A stretch of 64,000 bases of DNA, from positions 35,885-99,884 of the forward strand of contig JAZNGW010000028.1 in assembly GCA_045576655.1 (NCBI GenBank). Reading direction: 5' to 3'. The notes beneath the pieces were generated by a model. The model was not told the origin of the DNA and made no database searches. It was given only the letters and a program-made list of their open reading frames with translations. Origin of the DNA: Bacteroidaceae bacterium. GTDB taxonomy: Bacteria; Bacteroidota; Bacteroidia; Bacteroidales; Bacteroidaceae. A program made the translations under genes and the position numbers. Below, piece after piece: positions 33,801-42,867 of the stretch (positions are counted from its first letter, which is position 1; each line of letters starts with the position of its first letter).

Positions 33801-35492
33801 ATAGATGTCAAACTGAGCAGTCTTCATGTCCCACATCAAAGGGCAGTGCTCAGGATCACCAGGTTTCTCAATGTAGTTGCCGATAATTGAGGAATTAGGT
33901 TGAGGAGAAAGTGTATAAATGGCTCCGCAGTCACGAAGCTGAACCGAGAATCCATTTATATGATTGTACTTGATGTGGTTGTCGTGCATGATGTTATGGG
34001 TGCTTATCCATCCCCATCCCATACTTATCGCAGTATAAGGAGTGCCGACTATCTCATTATGAAGGATGTTGACATTTGACGCAAAGCCTATTCCTACACC
34101 TATACAGCCCCAGTCCTCGTTAGCGACATTAGTTATATAGTTGTTGGTCACGTAGATGCTGTCGCAGACCACGCGCATATCTTCAGGGTTATATGCCTGA
34201 TGAACCTCGAAAGTCTCGTCGCCGAAAAATCCACCAGAAACACCTGAGCCGGCAATGTCAGAGAAAACACACCCGTTGACTTTCATGTTGCGAGTTCCAC
34301 TGACAAAATCGAGAGCTGTAGAACCCATGTGACGGAAATGGCATCCCTCAAACGACACGTTACGGGCATTCTGCACACTGACACCTGCTGCGGGACGACC
34401 TACCCACGCCACGTTGTTGGCTGTGGCAGTGTTCTCTGACCAAGCGTCAAAAAGGTACTGGCCTGCTTGCAACTCCACATGGCCGTCAGTAGACGGACGC
34501 ATCCAAGTAGTATGTTCAAAAGTGATGCCACGGAAGTGGATATTAGAAGCTAAATTATCCAAGCTACCGCTTATGCTTACAAGAGTTTCAAGACGAGGCA
34601 CTACAGTTTCGATATTCTCAGGGGTCTCACCGCTGCGTGGCCAATAATACATGGTGTTGCCATCTACGTCATTAAACCACTCCTGCGGACGGTTGAGCAG
34701 TTCGATAGCATTCGAAAAGAAAAAGCGATGGTTTGCATGACTACCGTAGTCAGCACGCAATATTGGCCAAGGGCGCTTGAACTCAATATCTGCCTCCTTC
34801 GACTCGAACGACAACACACTGCTGAAGGCGTTGTTATGCTTGATATTAGTGACACGCATAACGTTCACAACCCAGTCCTGCGGAATATTCAGTTCCAAAT
34901 GCTTAGCGTTGCTCAGATCCATAAGAGGGCGAGGAACTGTTAGCGTCTTCGCATTCTTGTCGACAGAGATTATCTGCGGCATAGACATATCGTCGAAGGT
35001 GCTAGCACGACGCATCTTGACGCCGTTGATCCACAACTGACGGAATTCCACAGGTTTGCCGTCTACAACAGGAGTTGACATCTGCCATATTTGTCCCTGT
35101 GCCACCTCTGGCAAACCTGCCACAGCACCCGCCTGTTCCCATCCGTCAGCAAGCACACCACCGCTAATAACGGGCGTTTCACCCTCAGCGGCCATAATGA
35201 TTGTAGGAGATTCAGGAGTACCACCGTCGGCAGCACTCAGTTCTATAGTACGGTCTATACGATATGTTCCACCGCGCATGACGATTTGCACTTCACCCAA
35301 CCCGTCTGGGGCATTATTCTTGCGCAACTCACGCACATGCTCCAATGCTTTGCCGAGAGTTGCGTAAGGAGCGTCTTCAGTACCAGCAGCGACATCCGAA
35401 CCTGTTGGTGCTACCCATACCTGAACTATTGTCTGAGCCATCAAGCCACATGCGATGGTCAAAGAAACAAATAATGAGATATATCTTTTCAT
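30858..35492 (-). CDS. 1544-aa T9SS cargo protein: right-handed beta-helix + FG-GAP/VCBS-type propeller + Fn3 + poly-Glu linker + unknown domain + beta-sandwich + CTD
   Basis: - N-terminal 'VWVAPTGSD..GTEDAPYATLGKALEHV...GGTYRI' beta-helix entry motif.
- About 7 repeats of the D-x-N-x-D-G type ('AGDLNGDGHIDLV', 'ADVNGDGWLDVAIGG', 'CDWNNDGHSDLIIAG').
- 'EELTEEEEEEEK' linker (nt ~32045..32075).
- Tail '...IYDLQGRKLNRKEKGFNIINGKVILIK'. Confidence 0.7.
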   Translation of the reverse strand: MKRYISLFVSLTIACGLMAQTIVQVWVAPTGSDVAAGTEDAPYATLGKALEHVRELRKNNAPDGLGEVQIVMRGGTYRIDRTIELSAADGGTPESPTIIMAAEGETPVISGGVLADGWEQAGAVAGLPEVAQGQIWQMSTPVVDGKPVEFRQLWINGVKMRRASTFDDMSMPQIISVDKNAKTLTVPRPLMDLSNAKHLELNIPQDWVVNVMRVTNIKHNNAFSSVLSFESKEADIEFKRPWPILRADYGSHANHRFFFSNAIELLNRPQEWFNDVDGNTMYYWPRSGETPENIETVVPRLETLVSISGSLDNLASNIHFRGITFEHTTWMRPSTDGHVELQAGQYLFDAWSENTATANNVAWVGRPAAGVSVQNARNVSFEGCHFRHMGSTALDFVSGTRNMKVNGCVFSDIAGSGVSGGFFGDETFEVHQAYNPEDMRVVCDSIYVTNNYITNVANEDWGCIGVGIGFASNVNILHNEIVGTPYTAISMGWGWISTHNIMHDNHIKYNHINGFSVQLRDCGAIYTLSPQPNSSIIGNYIEKPGDPEHCPLMWDMKTAQFDIYTDEGTDYYTVADNWCLGNISKNKNGGHNNWGNNGANVSDAIREQAGLEEAYKEIVNKVTVPTYAPVDSIGDKVNADRDQIDYISQNDGFKLGDAVAVDLNNDNLRDIVYSGGEGNQTRVGGVRINTGNYGFVATQTITNATLCNLAAGDLNGDGHIDLVQSGFDFWDAYNAVLMNDGSGKLVAEDLSDGSSVAPACGIADINNDALPDYFFIGNGSRNTFYTQKTARDGYDKKSKLTLPGGFNEPTIMYADFDNSQSVDLCLLSDKSGGVYTRVHYNDGTGVFTEKSAGFKEKGTRGGMAYADVNGDGWLDVAIGGELVGEIWSTTAAEGGKTVSLYLNKGDGTFSLAQEFSEYMQDNVSHPIRFCDWNNDGHSDLIIAGWNMSQGNIAQVDVFLNDGTGRFTKSDVDLPGVSESSLELADFTGEGRNDILICGNANGAMGFHGYNVDRRLAVLCKNKTERTNTAPLPPTDLSAEVVGNSVVLKWNSGSDAETPVKSLSYNYYLRNLDTGQYLMFPNSDIATGARRVTSMGNAWLNLGWTLRRLPRGNYAWSVQAVDAGYAGSAFAAEQTFVITEELTEEEEEEEKTVGEKLLEAGWTLVDTFSGIDCANSYFAILDAESGMTVAALNTVGDKNWGNTYAMYYASGVDPNTNISGVFAFDAFDATDDLKIIITPLADLNRHFRTEGWNHALWQTYSDVHKQGDSYGMDGNRSIAMIYPELYSEKGWALKNKTTGAYLGPWVHGAFEDGAEFAADKRDANVSYFDIYAIPRVKYLQQFSNWAQATEENPLDITPLITNPSFGRYDESRHPIGWIVEGEGMVEHQGYLPGCEYYAYMNNWQSSGNLSNRSISQTVKGLPKGKYRLTLYSLCPAEGAYLFANNQSVDLKHQGNADTSLDLVMAEDGNLTIGVRLQNYKSNNFKYDNIRLHYVGPCDEEVGIDNVTIKEQSTESDNAIYDLQGRKLNRKEKGFNIINGKVILIK

Positions 35493-35521
35493 AAAGTAAC
35501 TGACTTTGGGAATCTTTTAGT

Positions 35522-37909
35522 TTATTTTCTATAGTTAAGGAGTTTCACTTCATCGGCGCGAAACTCCTGAGTAGGGCTGCCTGCGGTCAAGTCTACCTGG
35601 AAACCGAGCACTACCTCCTGCTTTTTCTTCACGGTGAAGGTTATGCCGTAGAAACCTCCATTTGCAGTGGCTCTGCCGATAGGGGCAAAGGCCATCGACT
35701 CTGCAGGGATGTCAGATGTAGGGCACAAGCTTGCAGATGCAAAGACATAAGCCTGCTCTGGCATTCTTGTTATGGTGTTGAACTTAGCTCCGAAATAGTA
35801 TGTTCCTGGTTTGAGAGTCACCTTACGGTAGATGCGTGCATTGCTGAGGTCACCCTCGTTGTTACGCTCCCTGTCGTTCCACACGCCAAGCATGAGCGCC
35901 TCTTTGCCAGTGAACTTGTCAAGTCCGTTCTTCACTCCGTCAGCCCCGTTAGGTATGCTGAAGTTCTCCACGGTCCAGTGCTGCGGAGAAGCGAATCGTG
36001 TAGTCACCGCCTTATCCTTGCGGGTGAACTTGTCGGTCTCGACGAGGAGCGCTCTTGTGCAGTCTTCAGCCGCAGCACTCATCGGCAAACCTGCTCCCAC
36101 GGTGCCGTTCTCCTTGATGTCCTGATAAGTATCGTGAAGGCTCTTGATGTCGGCATCAGTCTTGCTCTCCTTAACAAGTGCTGCGAATGCGTCGAATTTA
36201 TCCTTGCTCACCTTACCCGTGTTGTTTCCCACAAGCGGACGCATCTCCTTAATCTTAGCCTCGTAAGCCGCCTTTATGTCCTTCAGATTGACGCTCTCGC
36301 CCTCCGTCTTGTCGAAGGTGATGGCAAACACCGCAACAATCTTGTTGACTGGCTCTTCTGGCATAGTTATGTTAAGTCCGTCAACTCCGTTGGCAAAGCT
36401 GACGTCACCGTGACCGAGCAGGGTGACGCTCTTCACCTTTCCGCTGTAGTGCTTTGACGCCAAACCGAGAGCCTCGATAGTCACGCTCTTAGCCGACGGA
36501 TAGCGGAGAGTTGTGGCGAAGACTGTGTCGTTGCGCTGCACGAAGCGTATGTCGTCCGCCGAGTAGTTGTTGCTCTCGTTGAATCCCTGCGCGTTGATAG
36601 GGATTACAGCCTCAGCAAGCGGCCCTTCGCCGAAGGTCTTCCACGGACGAGTGCCGTAGATGCTCTGTCCGTTCACATCCATCCATGCCTTTATGTCGTT
36701 GAGGATAGCAATCTCCTTGTCGTCGATAGTTCCGTCAGCGCGCACCGGCACACTGAGAAGCATATTGCCGTTCTTGCTGACTACGTCGACGAGCATGCTG
36801 ATGACCTGCTCCGCACTCTTGTAGCCGTTGCGCTCATACACGCTCCTCTCGTAGTGCCATGAACCCAGACAAGTGCAAGTCTGCCAGTACTTCTCCTGGG
36901 CACGATCGGGAGTTCCGCGCTCCACGTCCCAAAGCATGAAGTCCTTGTGACGCTCCTCAAGCACCTTACCCATCACGACCACCTGCTGTTCGCCTCCGTT
37001 CTGCTTAGCGCTCGTATTGTAGTAGTGCGAAAGGATGTTCTGACCCACGGCATCGTCGCAACCGTAGAACGGCAGCACCGTATCGTCAAAATATATCATA
37101 TCGGGACTGAACGTGTTGATGCACTCCAGCACACGGTTCTGGAACTTCATCTTATACTCTTCTGAAGGCAGGCTCGCACCCTTACCCCAGTTCCACTGGC
37201 TATGGATGTTGCCCTCACGCTCCCATCCCTCGCTGTGAGGATGGCGCTGAGCGTAGAGCTCCTGCGGGTCCAAGCCCTTCCACCACTTCTCCGTGCCGTC
37301 AGGATTGAGTTTATAGCCATCCTCCTTAGTAAGATTACCGTCATACTTCTGCGCACCCTCAAGCCAAGTCCACGCGTGGCTGGCATGCATGCTTATGCCG
37401 AGCGGCAGCCCGTACTTCTCGCAAGCCTCAGCCCATCCGCGGACGATGTCCTTCTTCGGACCCACATTCACCGAGTTCCACTCCTGGTAAGGGCTGTCCC
37501 ACAGGTCGAAGTTGTCATGATGATTGCCGAGAGTGAAGAAATACCTCGCCCCCACACTCTTGTAGAACTTCACAAGTGCGTCCGGATTCCAGTTCTCAGC
37601 CTTCCAGTCGCGGCAGAGTTCCTTCAGTCCGTAGTCGCTCTGCGAACCGAAGGTCTTGACATGGTGCTTCCCCTGCCAATGGTTGTCGTAGTACATGTGG
37701 CGGGCATACCAGTCGCCTGCCTCAGCCTCGCACTGTGGTCCCCAGTGCGCCCAGATACCGAACTTGGCATCCTTGAACCATTCAGGACACTCCCATTGAT
37801 TCAGACTCTCCCACTCGGGCTTATACTCCCCCTGAGCCACTTCCACGTTTTGGGCATTCAGCGCCAGCGCGGCAACCAATGCTGCACTGCAAAGCAAAGA
37901 TTTCTTCAT
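35522..37909 (-). CDS. GH29 alpha-L-fucosidase-family enzyme with one C-terminal copy of an unknown ~180-aa module
   Basis: 'WFKDAKFGIWAHWGPQC' and 'GNHHDNFDLWDSPY' GH29 motifs. C-terminal 'TTRFASPQHWTVENF...ARIYRKVTLKPGTYYFGAKFN...EFRADEVKLLNY'. No CTD. Confidence 0.8.
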   Translation of the reverse strand: MKKSLLCSAALVAALALNAQNVEVAQGEYKPEWESLNQWECPEWFKDAKFGIWAHWGPQCEAEAGDWYARHMYYDNHWQGKHHVKTFGSQSDYGLKELCRDWKAENWNPDALVKFYKSVGARYFFTLGNHHDNFDLWDSPYQEWNSVNVGPKKDIVRGWAEACEKYGLPLGISMHASHAWTWLEGAQKYDGNLTKEDGYKLNPDGTEKWWKGLDPQELYAQRHPHSEGWEREGNIHSQWNWGKGASLPSEEYKMKFQNRVLECINTFSPDMIYFDDTVLPFYGCDDAVGQNILSHYYNTSAKQNGGEQQVVVMGKVLEERHKDFMLWDVERGTPDRAQEKYWQTCTCLGSWHYERSVYERNGYKSAEQVISMLVDVVSKNGNMLLSVPVRADGTIDDKEIAILNDIKAWMDVNGQSIYGTRPWKTFGEGPLAEAVIPINAQGFNESNNYSADDIRFVQRNDTVFATTLRYPSAKSVTIEALGLASKHYSGKVKSVTLLGHGDVSFANGVDGLNITMPEEPVNKIVAVFAITFDKTEGESVNLKDIKAAYEAKIKEMRPLVGNNTGKVSKDKFDAFAALVKESKTDADIKSLHDTYQDIKENGTVGAGLPMSAAAEDCTRALLVETDKFTRKDKAVTTRFASPQHWTVENFSIPNGADGVKNGLDKFTGKEALMLGVWNDRERNNEGDLSNARIYRKVTLKPGTYYFGAKFNTITRMPEQAYVFASASLCPTSDIPAESMAFAPIGRATANGGFYGITFTVKKKQEVVLGFQVDLTAGSPTQEFRADEVKLLNYRK

Positions 37910-38068
37910 ATATAATTATTGTTTTAAAATTGCAAATATAACCCTTTTAGCCTAACCTTCCAATATTGAAAAACGGCACAACTATGGACAATATCGACAT
38001 TTACGCCCTCGCATCCAAAAGAGCAGTCTCCTCTCTTATCGAACAACAAACTGCGGAAAATCCAAACA

Positions 38069-38152
38069 TAGGCTAAGTTCGTATAAACTCAGACTAAGTT
38101 TATACAGATTCAGACTAAGTTTGTGTAAACTCAGTCTAAGTTTAGAGTTTTG
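38069..38152 (+). repeat. Array of four exactly 21-bp-phased units, copy C
   Basis: Units start at 38069, 38090, 38111 and 38132. Near-identical to copy D. Confidence 0.85.
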
Positions 38153-38349
38153 AGCGCAGAGCAGGGCGAAAGAAACGTATCTTAAGAACAAGGACGAGGG
38201 TTCTCTGTTTATGCAGCAAGGCAGCCCCGAAAGACTGCCCCGCATGAATGTATGCAATATTATGTGTTTCCGTTCATCGTTAAACGTTAAACCTTCATCG
38301 TTCAACCTAAAAATCTACCCCCCAACTTTTACTTTTTACTTCTTACTTT

Positions 38350-41300
38350 TTACTTCTTGTAAATCTTGAAAGTATTTCCTCCCTGACGCATGATGAACAT
38401 GCCTTGGCGAGGGGCTCCGCTGAGCTGTGCGCCTGTGACAGAGTAGTACTGAGCAGGAGCATTGAAGTCGGGACGAGCATCGCTGTCTTTCTCAACGGAC
38501 TCGATGCCAGTCTGCTGTGTGTAAGAATAGAACTCAATGCGCTTAACGCGGAACTCCTGTCGTGCTGGTCCGTTGGCGATGTCGGTTTGGAACACTACGA
38601 CAACTTCCTGCGGCTGGTCAAGGGTGAAGTAGAGTCCGTAAGCGTTGTCGCCGGCAGTTGCTTCGGCAATCTTGCAATGGGCTATTGACTGCTGCTCGAT
38701 GTCGGTTGTATTGAGCGTAGCGTCAGCCACATATAGATATCCAAGATTCATGTTAAAGATGGTTTCATAGGCAGCACCAAAGAAGTAGCGCCCTGCAGGA
38801 AGGCTGATTCGACGATAAAGGCGAGAGTTTGTCAGGTCTGAACCTTCAGGGCAGTTAGCCTTGTCGTCGTAGACTCCGAGGGTGAGGCAGTCGTAGCCGG
38901 GCCACTTGTCGAGTCCTCCGCGCGTACCTTCAGAGAACGACTCAACGCCGTAGTTTTCGGTAGTCCAGTAGAGAGGGTATGTGAATCGTGTTGTCACGCT
39001 CGCATCAAGACGTGTGAAACCGTTTGCCTCAACGAAATACTCTTCCGTAATGTCGGCTGCGCCAATCTCCTCAGGCATGCTGGTCTTGATTTTGCCCTCG
39101 GCAAGGAACTTATTGTATGCGTCGTTGAGTGCAGTGTAAGCAGTGCTGATATCGCTAAGAGGGGCATCTGGACTTACCTTCTTGGCCTCCTCTACTGCTA
39201 CAGCAAATTCTTCGTACGCTTCAGCTGAATACGAACCTGTGTTGTCGTTAATTTTCACGGTCTTGAGTTTCTCATCAAGGAGGGCGATGAGTTCTTCCAA
39301 CTTGGTGTAGGTCATCTCGCCGTAGTAGAGGAGCTTCACGCCTTTAGCGCGAAATTCCTTCGTAGAGCTGCCTTTTGCAAGATTGGACTGGAAACCTATA
39401 ACCACTTCTGCTTCCTCTTCAAGGGTGAAGAACAATCCATGCCATGAGCCGTCGTTGTTGTCTGGCGCCTTGTTGATGTGATAGTAGGCAATTGAGTTTT
39501 CCGGAATATCTGCGGTAGGCATTGTCTCTGATGCCACAAAGATGTATGATTCGTCAGCAATTGCGTAAGTCGTGTTGTAGGTTGCGCCGAAGTAGTAGCG
39601 TCCTGGCTGCAGAGTCACTCGCTGGTAAATGCGAGCGTTGGCAAGATTACCGTCGGTGTTAGATCCAGCATCGTTCCAAACACCGAGCGAAAGGCAATCG
39701 TAGCCTGGATAGCTGTCAATACCGTTACGGTTACCTTGTCCGCCAGCAGGGATGTTGTAGTTCTCTACTGTCCAATATAGCGGAGTGCCGTAGCGTACGC
39801 CCAGCGTTCCGTTCGAACTGCGCGAGAAGTTGTCCACCTCGGAGAGCACGTCAATAGTGACGTCTGCTATCTCGCCCTGCATTGGTGCACCTCCAGGGTT
39901 TGCGCCGTTCACCTTGAAATCCTCGTATGCAGTGCTCAAAGCATTGTATGCTGCGCTGATTTCCTCATAGGACGCATCTGGACCTGTCTGCATAGCCAAA
40001 TCTAAGGCTTCCTGAAGTTTCGCAAGGGCTTTCTTCGAATAGAATCCAGTATTGTCAGTAGGTTCAACACCGCCAACTATTGCATCCAGCTCGATAATCA
40101 GGTCCTCAAGAGCCATATAGTCCATTGCACCGTAATAGAGGAGTTTGACATCGTCGGCACGGAACTCCTGGGTTGCGCTGCCTTCAAGCAGATTCACCTG
40201 GAAACCGAGCACTACCTCCTGTTCCTCCTCCAAAGTGAAATATATGCCATAGAACGAGCCGTTTGTTTTTCCCTTGTTAAGACGTGCATGTGCTATAGAC
40301 TGCTCCTCCATGTCATAAGAGTCGACCAAGCCGTCCGCTGCAAAGATGTACGCCTGGTCAGAAAGCTGGTAAAGGGCGTTGAAAGTAGCGCCGAAGTAAT
40401 AACGTCCTGCTTCAAGACGGATCTTACGGTAGATACGTGCATTGCCGAGGTTGCCCTCTTCGTTTGCATCGCGATCGTTCCAAACGCCGAGCATAAGGGC
40501 GTCCTTGCCCTCGTACTTATCCAGTCCGGCCTTTACGCCATCGCCTCCGTTAGGTATAAGGAAGTTCTCTACTGTCCAATGCTGCGGAGCAGCGAAACGT
40601 GTTGTCACAGCAGGGTCAAGACGGCTGAAGTTGTTTGCCTCGACAAGCGCGTCTTCCGTATAGTCCCAACTGTTACTTTCATTAGGAGCGCCACCCTCGT
40701 TAGTTCCGTTGTCACGAAGTTCCTCGTAGGCTGTATAGAGAGTTTTCATAGCGAGCTGCTGAGCAACGTCGTCTGCTCCTACATACTGTTTCTGAGCTTC
40801 CACGAGGTCAGCGAAAGCGTTCACCTTTTCGCGGCTGAACTTTCCTGTATTATAGTTTGACTGCTTACGCATCTCGGCAACCTTCTCCTCATATATTTGG
40901 ATGAGACCTTCGAGAGTGATAGCCTCGGATGAATTTTCATCAAATTCAACTGCAAACACAGCAGCAAACTTGTTCACTGGAGCGTCAGGCATAGTGACTA
41001 CGAGTCCGTCTATATCCATTTCGAAGTCGACTTCACCGTGGCCGAGGAGTGTGACCTTCTTGACCTTCCCACTATAATACTTTGACGCCAGTCCGAAGGA
41101 TTCAATTACATATTTCCTGCTTGTAGGATAACGGAGAGTTGTGGCAAATACCGTATCGTTGCGCTCTACGAAACGTACGTCTGCTGCCGAATAGTTGTTG
41201 CCCTCATTGAATCCCTGCGAATTGAGAGGATTTGACGCCTCAGCAAGCGGCCCTTCGCCGAAGGTCTTCCACTGACGGGTGCCATAGATACTAATGCTGT

Positions 41301-42513
41301 TCACGTCCATCCATGCCTTTATGTCGTTGAGAATGGCAATTTCCTTCTCGTCGATAGTTCCGTCGCTCTTTACAGGAACGCTGAGCAAGAGGTTTCCGTT
41401 CTTGCTGACGATGTCGACGAGCATGCTGACCACCTGCTGCGCACTCTTGTATTCACTGCGTTCGTAAGTACCCTTGTCGTAGTGCCATGTTCCCAAACAG
41501 GTACATGTCTGCCAGTACTTCTCCTGCGGACGATCTGGTATACCGCGCTCCACGTCCCAAAGCATCAAATCCTTGTGCTCTTTTTCCAGAATCTTTCCTG
41601 TCACCACAACCTGCTGCTCGCCGCCGTTCTGCTTAGCGCTGGTGTTGTAGTAGTGCGACAGGATGTTCAAACCAACCGACTCGTCGCAACCATAGAACGG
41701 CAGCACCGTATCGTCGAAATAAATCATGTCAGGACTGAACGTGTTGATACACTCAATCACGCGGTTCTGGAATTTCATCTTATACTCTGCCGACGGCTGA
41801 GAAGCTCCGTTACCCCATGCCCATTGACTATGTATGGTTCCTACGTTCTCATAGCCCGTACTCGGTTCGTGGTCCTGAGCATAAAGCTCCTGCGGGTCAT
41901 ATCCCTCCCACCATTGTCCTGCGCCATCGGCCTTTGTGAGAAGTCCGTCGTAGTGGCGCGACATCTCAAGCCATGTCCATGCATGGCTTGCGTGCATACT
42001 CACGCCGAGAGGCAGTCCGTACTTATCGCATGCGTCAGCCCATCCCTTCACAATATCCTTCTTCGGTCCAATGTTCACGGAGTTCCATTCCTGGTAAGGG
42101 CTGTTCCACAAGTCAAAGTTGTCGTGATGGTTGCCTAAAGTCATGAAATAGCGCGCTCCCACGCTCTTGTAAAAGGCAATGAGCTCATCGGGATTCCAAT
42201 TCTCTCCCTTCCAATCGCGGCAGAGTTCCTTCAGTCCGTAGTCGCTCATCCACCCGAAAGTCTGGGCATGATATCTTGACTGCCACTCATTCTCGTAATA
42301 CATGTGGCGGCCATACCAATCGCCCGACTCAGCATGACACTGAGGTCCCCAGTGCGCCCAAATGCCGAACTTGGCATCCTTAAACCATTCGGGACACTCC
42401 CATTGCTTCAGACTTTCCCAATCTGGGCTATACTGTCCTGTCTCAACAGGCTCATTTTGCGCCATGACATTCATAAACGACATGAACGCCAAAACAGAAA
42501 CTAATAACTTCAT
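38350..42513 (-). CDS. GH29 alpha-L-fucosidase-family enzyme with three helical-spacer + unknown-module repeats and a T9SS CTD
   Basis: Start at 'MKLLVSVLAFMSFMNVMAQNE'. Same GH29 motifs as the neighbour. Three modules end '...EFRADDVKLLYYG', '...EFRAKGVKLLYYG' and '...EFRVKRIEFYSY'. Tail '...GMFIMRQGGNTFKIYKK'. Confidence 0.8.
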   Translation of the reverse strand: MKLLVSVLAFMSFMNVMAQNEPVETGQYSPDWESLKQWECPEWFKDAKFGIWAHWGPQCHAESGDWYGRHMYYENEWQSRYHAQTFGWMSDYGLKELCRDWKGENWNPDELIAFYKSVGARYFMTLGNHHDNFDLWNSPYQEWNSVNIGPKKDIVKGWADACDKYGLPLGVSMHASHAWTWLEMSRHYDGLLTKADGAGQWWEGYDPQELYAQDHEPSTGYENVGTIHSQWAWGNGASQPSAEYKMKFQNRVIECINTFSPDMIYFDDTVLPFYGCDESVGLNILSHYYNTSAKQNGGEQQVVVTGKILEKEHKDLMLWDVERGIPDRPQEKYWQTCTCLGTWHYDKGTYERSEYKSAQQVVSMLVDIVSKNGNLLLSVPVKSDGTIDEKEIAILNDIKAWMDVNSISIYGTRQWKTFGEGPLAEASNPLNSQGFNEGNNYSAADVRFVERNDTVFATTLRYPTSRKYVIESFGLASKYYSGKVKKVTLLGHGEVDFEMDIDGLVVTMPDAPVNKFAAVFAVEFDENSSEAITLEGLIQIYEEKVAEMRKQSNYNTGKFSREKVNAFADLVEAQKQYVGADDVAQQLAMKTLYTAYEELRDNGTNEGGAPNESNSWDYTEDALVEANNFSRLDPAVTTRFAAPQHWTVENFLIPNGGDGVKAGLDKYEGKDALMLGVWNDRDANEEGNLGNARIYRKIRLEAGRYYFGATFNALYQLSDQAYIFAADGLVDSYDMEEQSIAHARLNKGKTNGSFYGIYFTLEEEQEVVLGFQVNLLEGSATQEFRADDVKLLYYGAMDYMALEDLIIELDAIVGGVEPTDNTGFYSKKALAKLQEALDLAMQTGPDASYEEISAAYNALSTAYEDFKVNGANPGGAPMQGEIADVTIDVLSEVDNFSRSSNGTLGVRYGTPLYWTVENYNIPAGGQGNRNGIDSYPGYDCLSLGVWNDAGSNTDGNLANARIYQRVTLQPGRYYFGATYNTTYAIADESYIFVASETMPTADIPENSIAYYHINKAPDNNDGSWHGLFFTLEEEAEVVIGFQSNLAKGSSTKEFRAKGVKLLYYGEMTYTKLEELIALLDEKLKTVKINDNTGSYSAEAYEEFAVAVEEAKKVSPDAPLSDISTAYTALNDAYNKFLAEGKIKTSMPEEIGAADITEEYFVEANGFTRLDASVTTRFTYPLYWTTENYGVESFSEGTRGGLDKWPGYDCLTLGVYDDKANCPEGSDLTNSRLYRRISLPAGRYFFGAAYETIFNMNLGYLYVADATLNTTDIEQQSIAHCKIAEATAGDNAYGLYFTLDQPQEVVVVFQTDIANGPARQEFRVKRIEFYSYTQQTGIESVEKDSDARPDFNAPAQYYSVTGAQLSGAPRQGMFIMRQGGNTFKIYKK

Positions 42514-42586
42514 ACAATAACCATTAAATAGACTTTTATACATATATTTACTTTTATCATTAACAATCACCAGCGTATTGCTTTTG

Positions 42587-42594
42587 CAAAATTA
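42587..42594 (-). promoter_or_regulatory. Candidate -7 box (TAATTTTG on minus strand) for the large GH29 gene
   Basis: Exact TAnnTTTG match 74 nt upstream of the ATG at 42513. Confidence 0.3.
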
Positions 42595-42832
42595 GGAAGC
42601 AGACTGACTAAGGGCATACCACTACAGCGACTTTTTACTGCACTTTATCGACTTTCAGCCGCAAACACATCATTGACCGCGTTCTTCCAGCATATCAGTA
42701 TGGCTTAAATCACCCAGCTGTTTAACAGCTTACGCTAAGCGCTATATTGAAGAATACAGCCCCAAGATGATTTATTTCGGCATTGTTGTGGATAATATCG
42801 ACATTCACGACCGCTCTTTTGTGCAAAAAAAC

Positions 42833-42840
42833 TATTTTTG
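42833..42840 (+). promoter_or_regulatory. Candidate -7 box (TATTTTTG) for the AraC-family gene
   Basis: Exact TAnnTTTG match 28 nt upstream of the ATG at 42868. Confidence 0.3.
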
Positions 42841-42867
42841 CACTTAATAAGCCCAGTTCACGACAAT

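Noticed and set aside
38036-38305. 89-aa minus-strand ORF with 'LSLHKLSLNLYKLSLSLYELSL'.
   Set aside because: The periodic peptide is simply the 21-bp (7-codon) repeat array 38069..38152 read in frame. It is not a gene.
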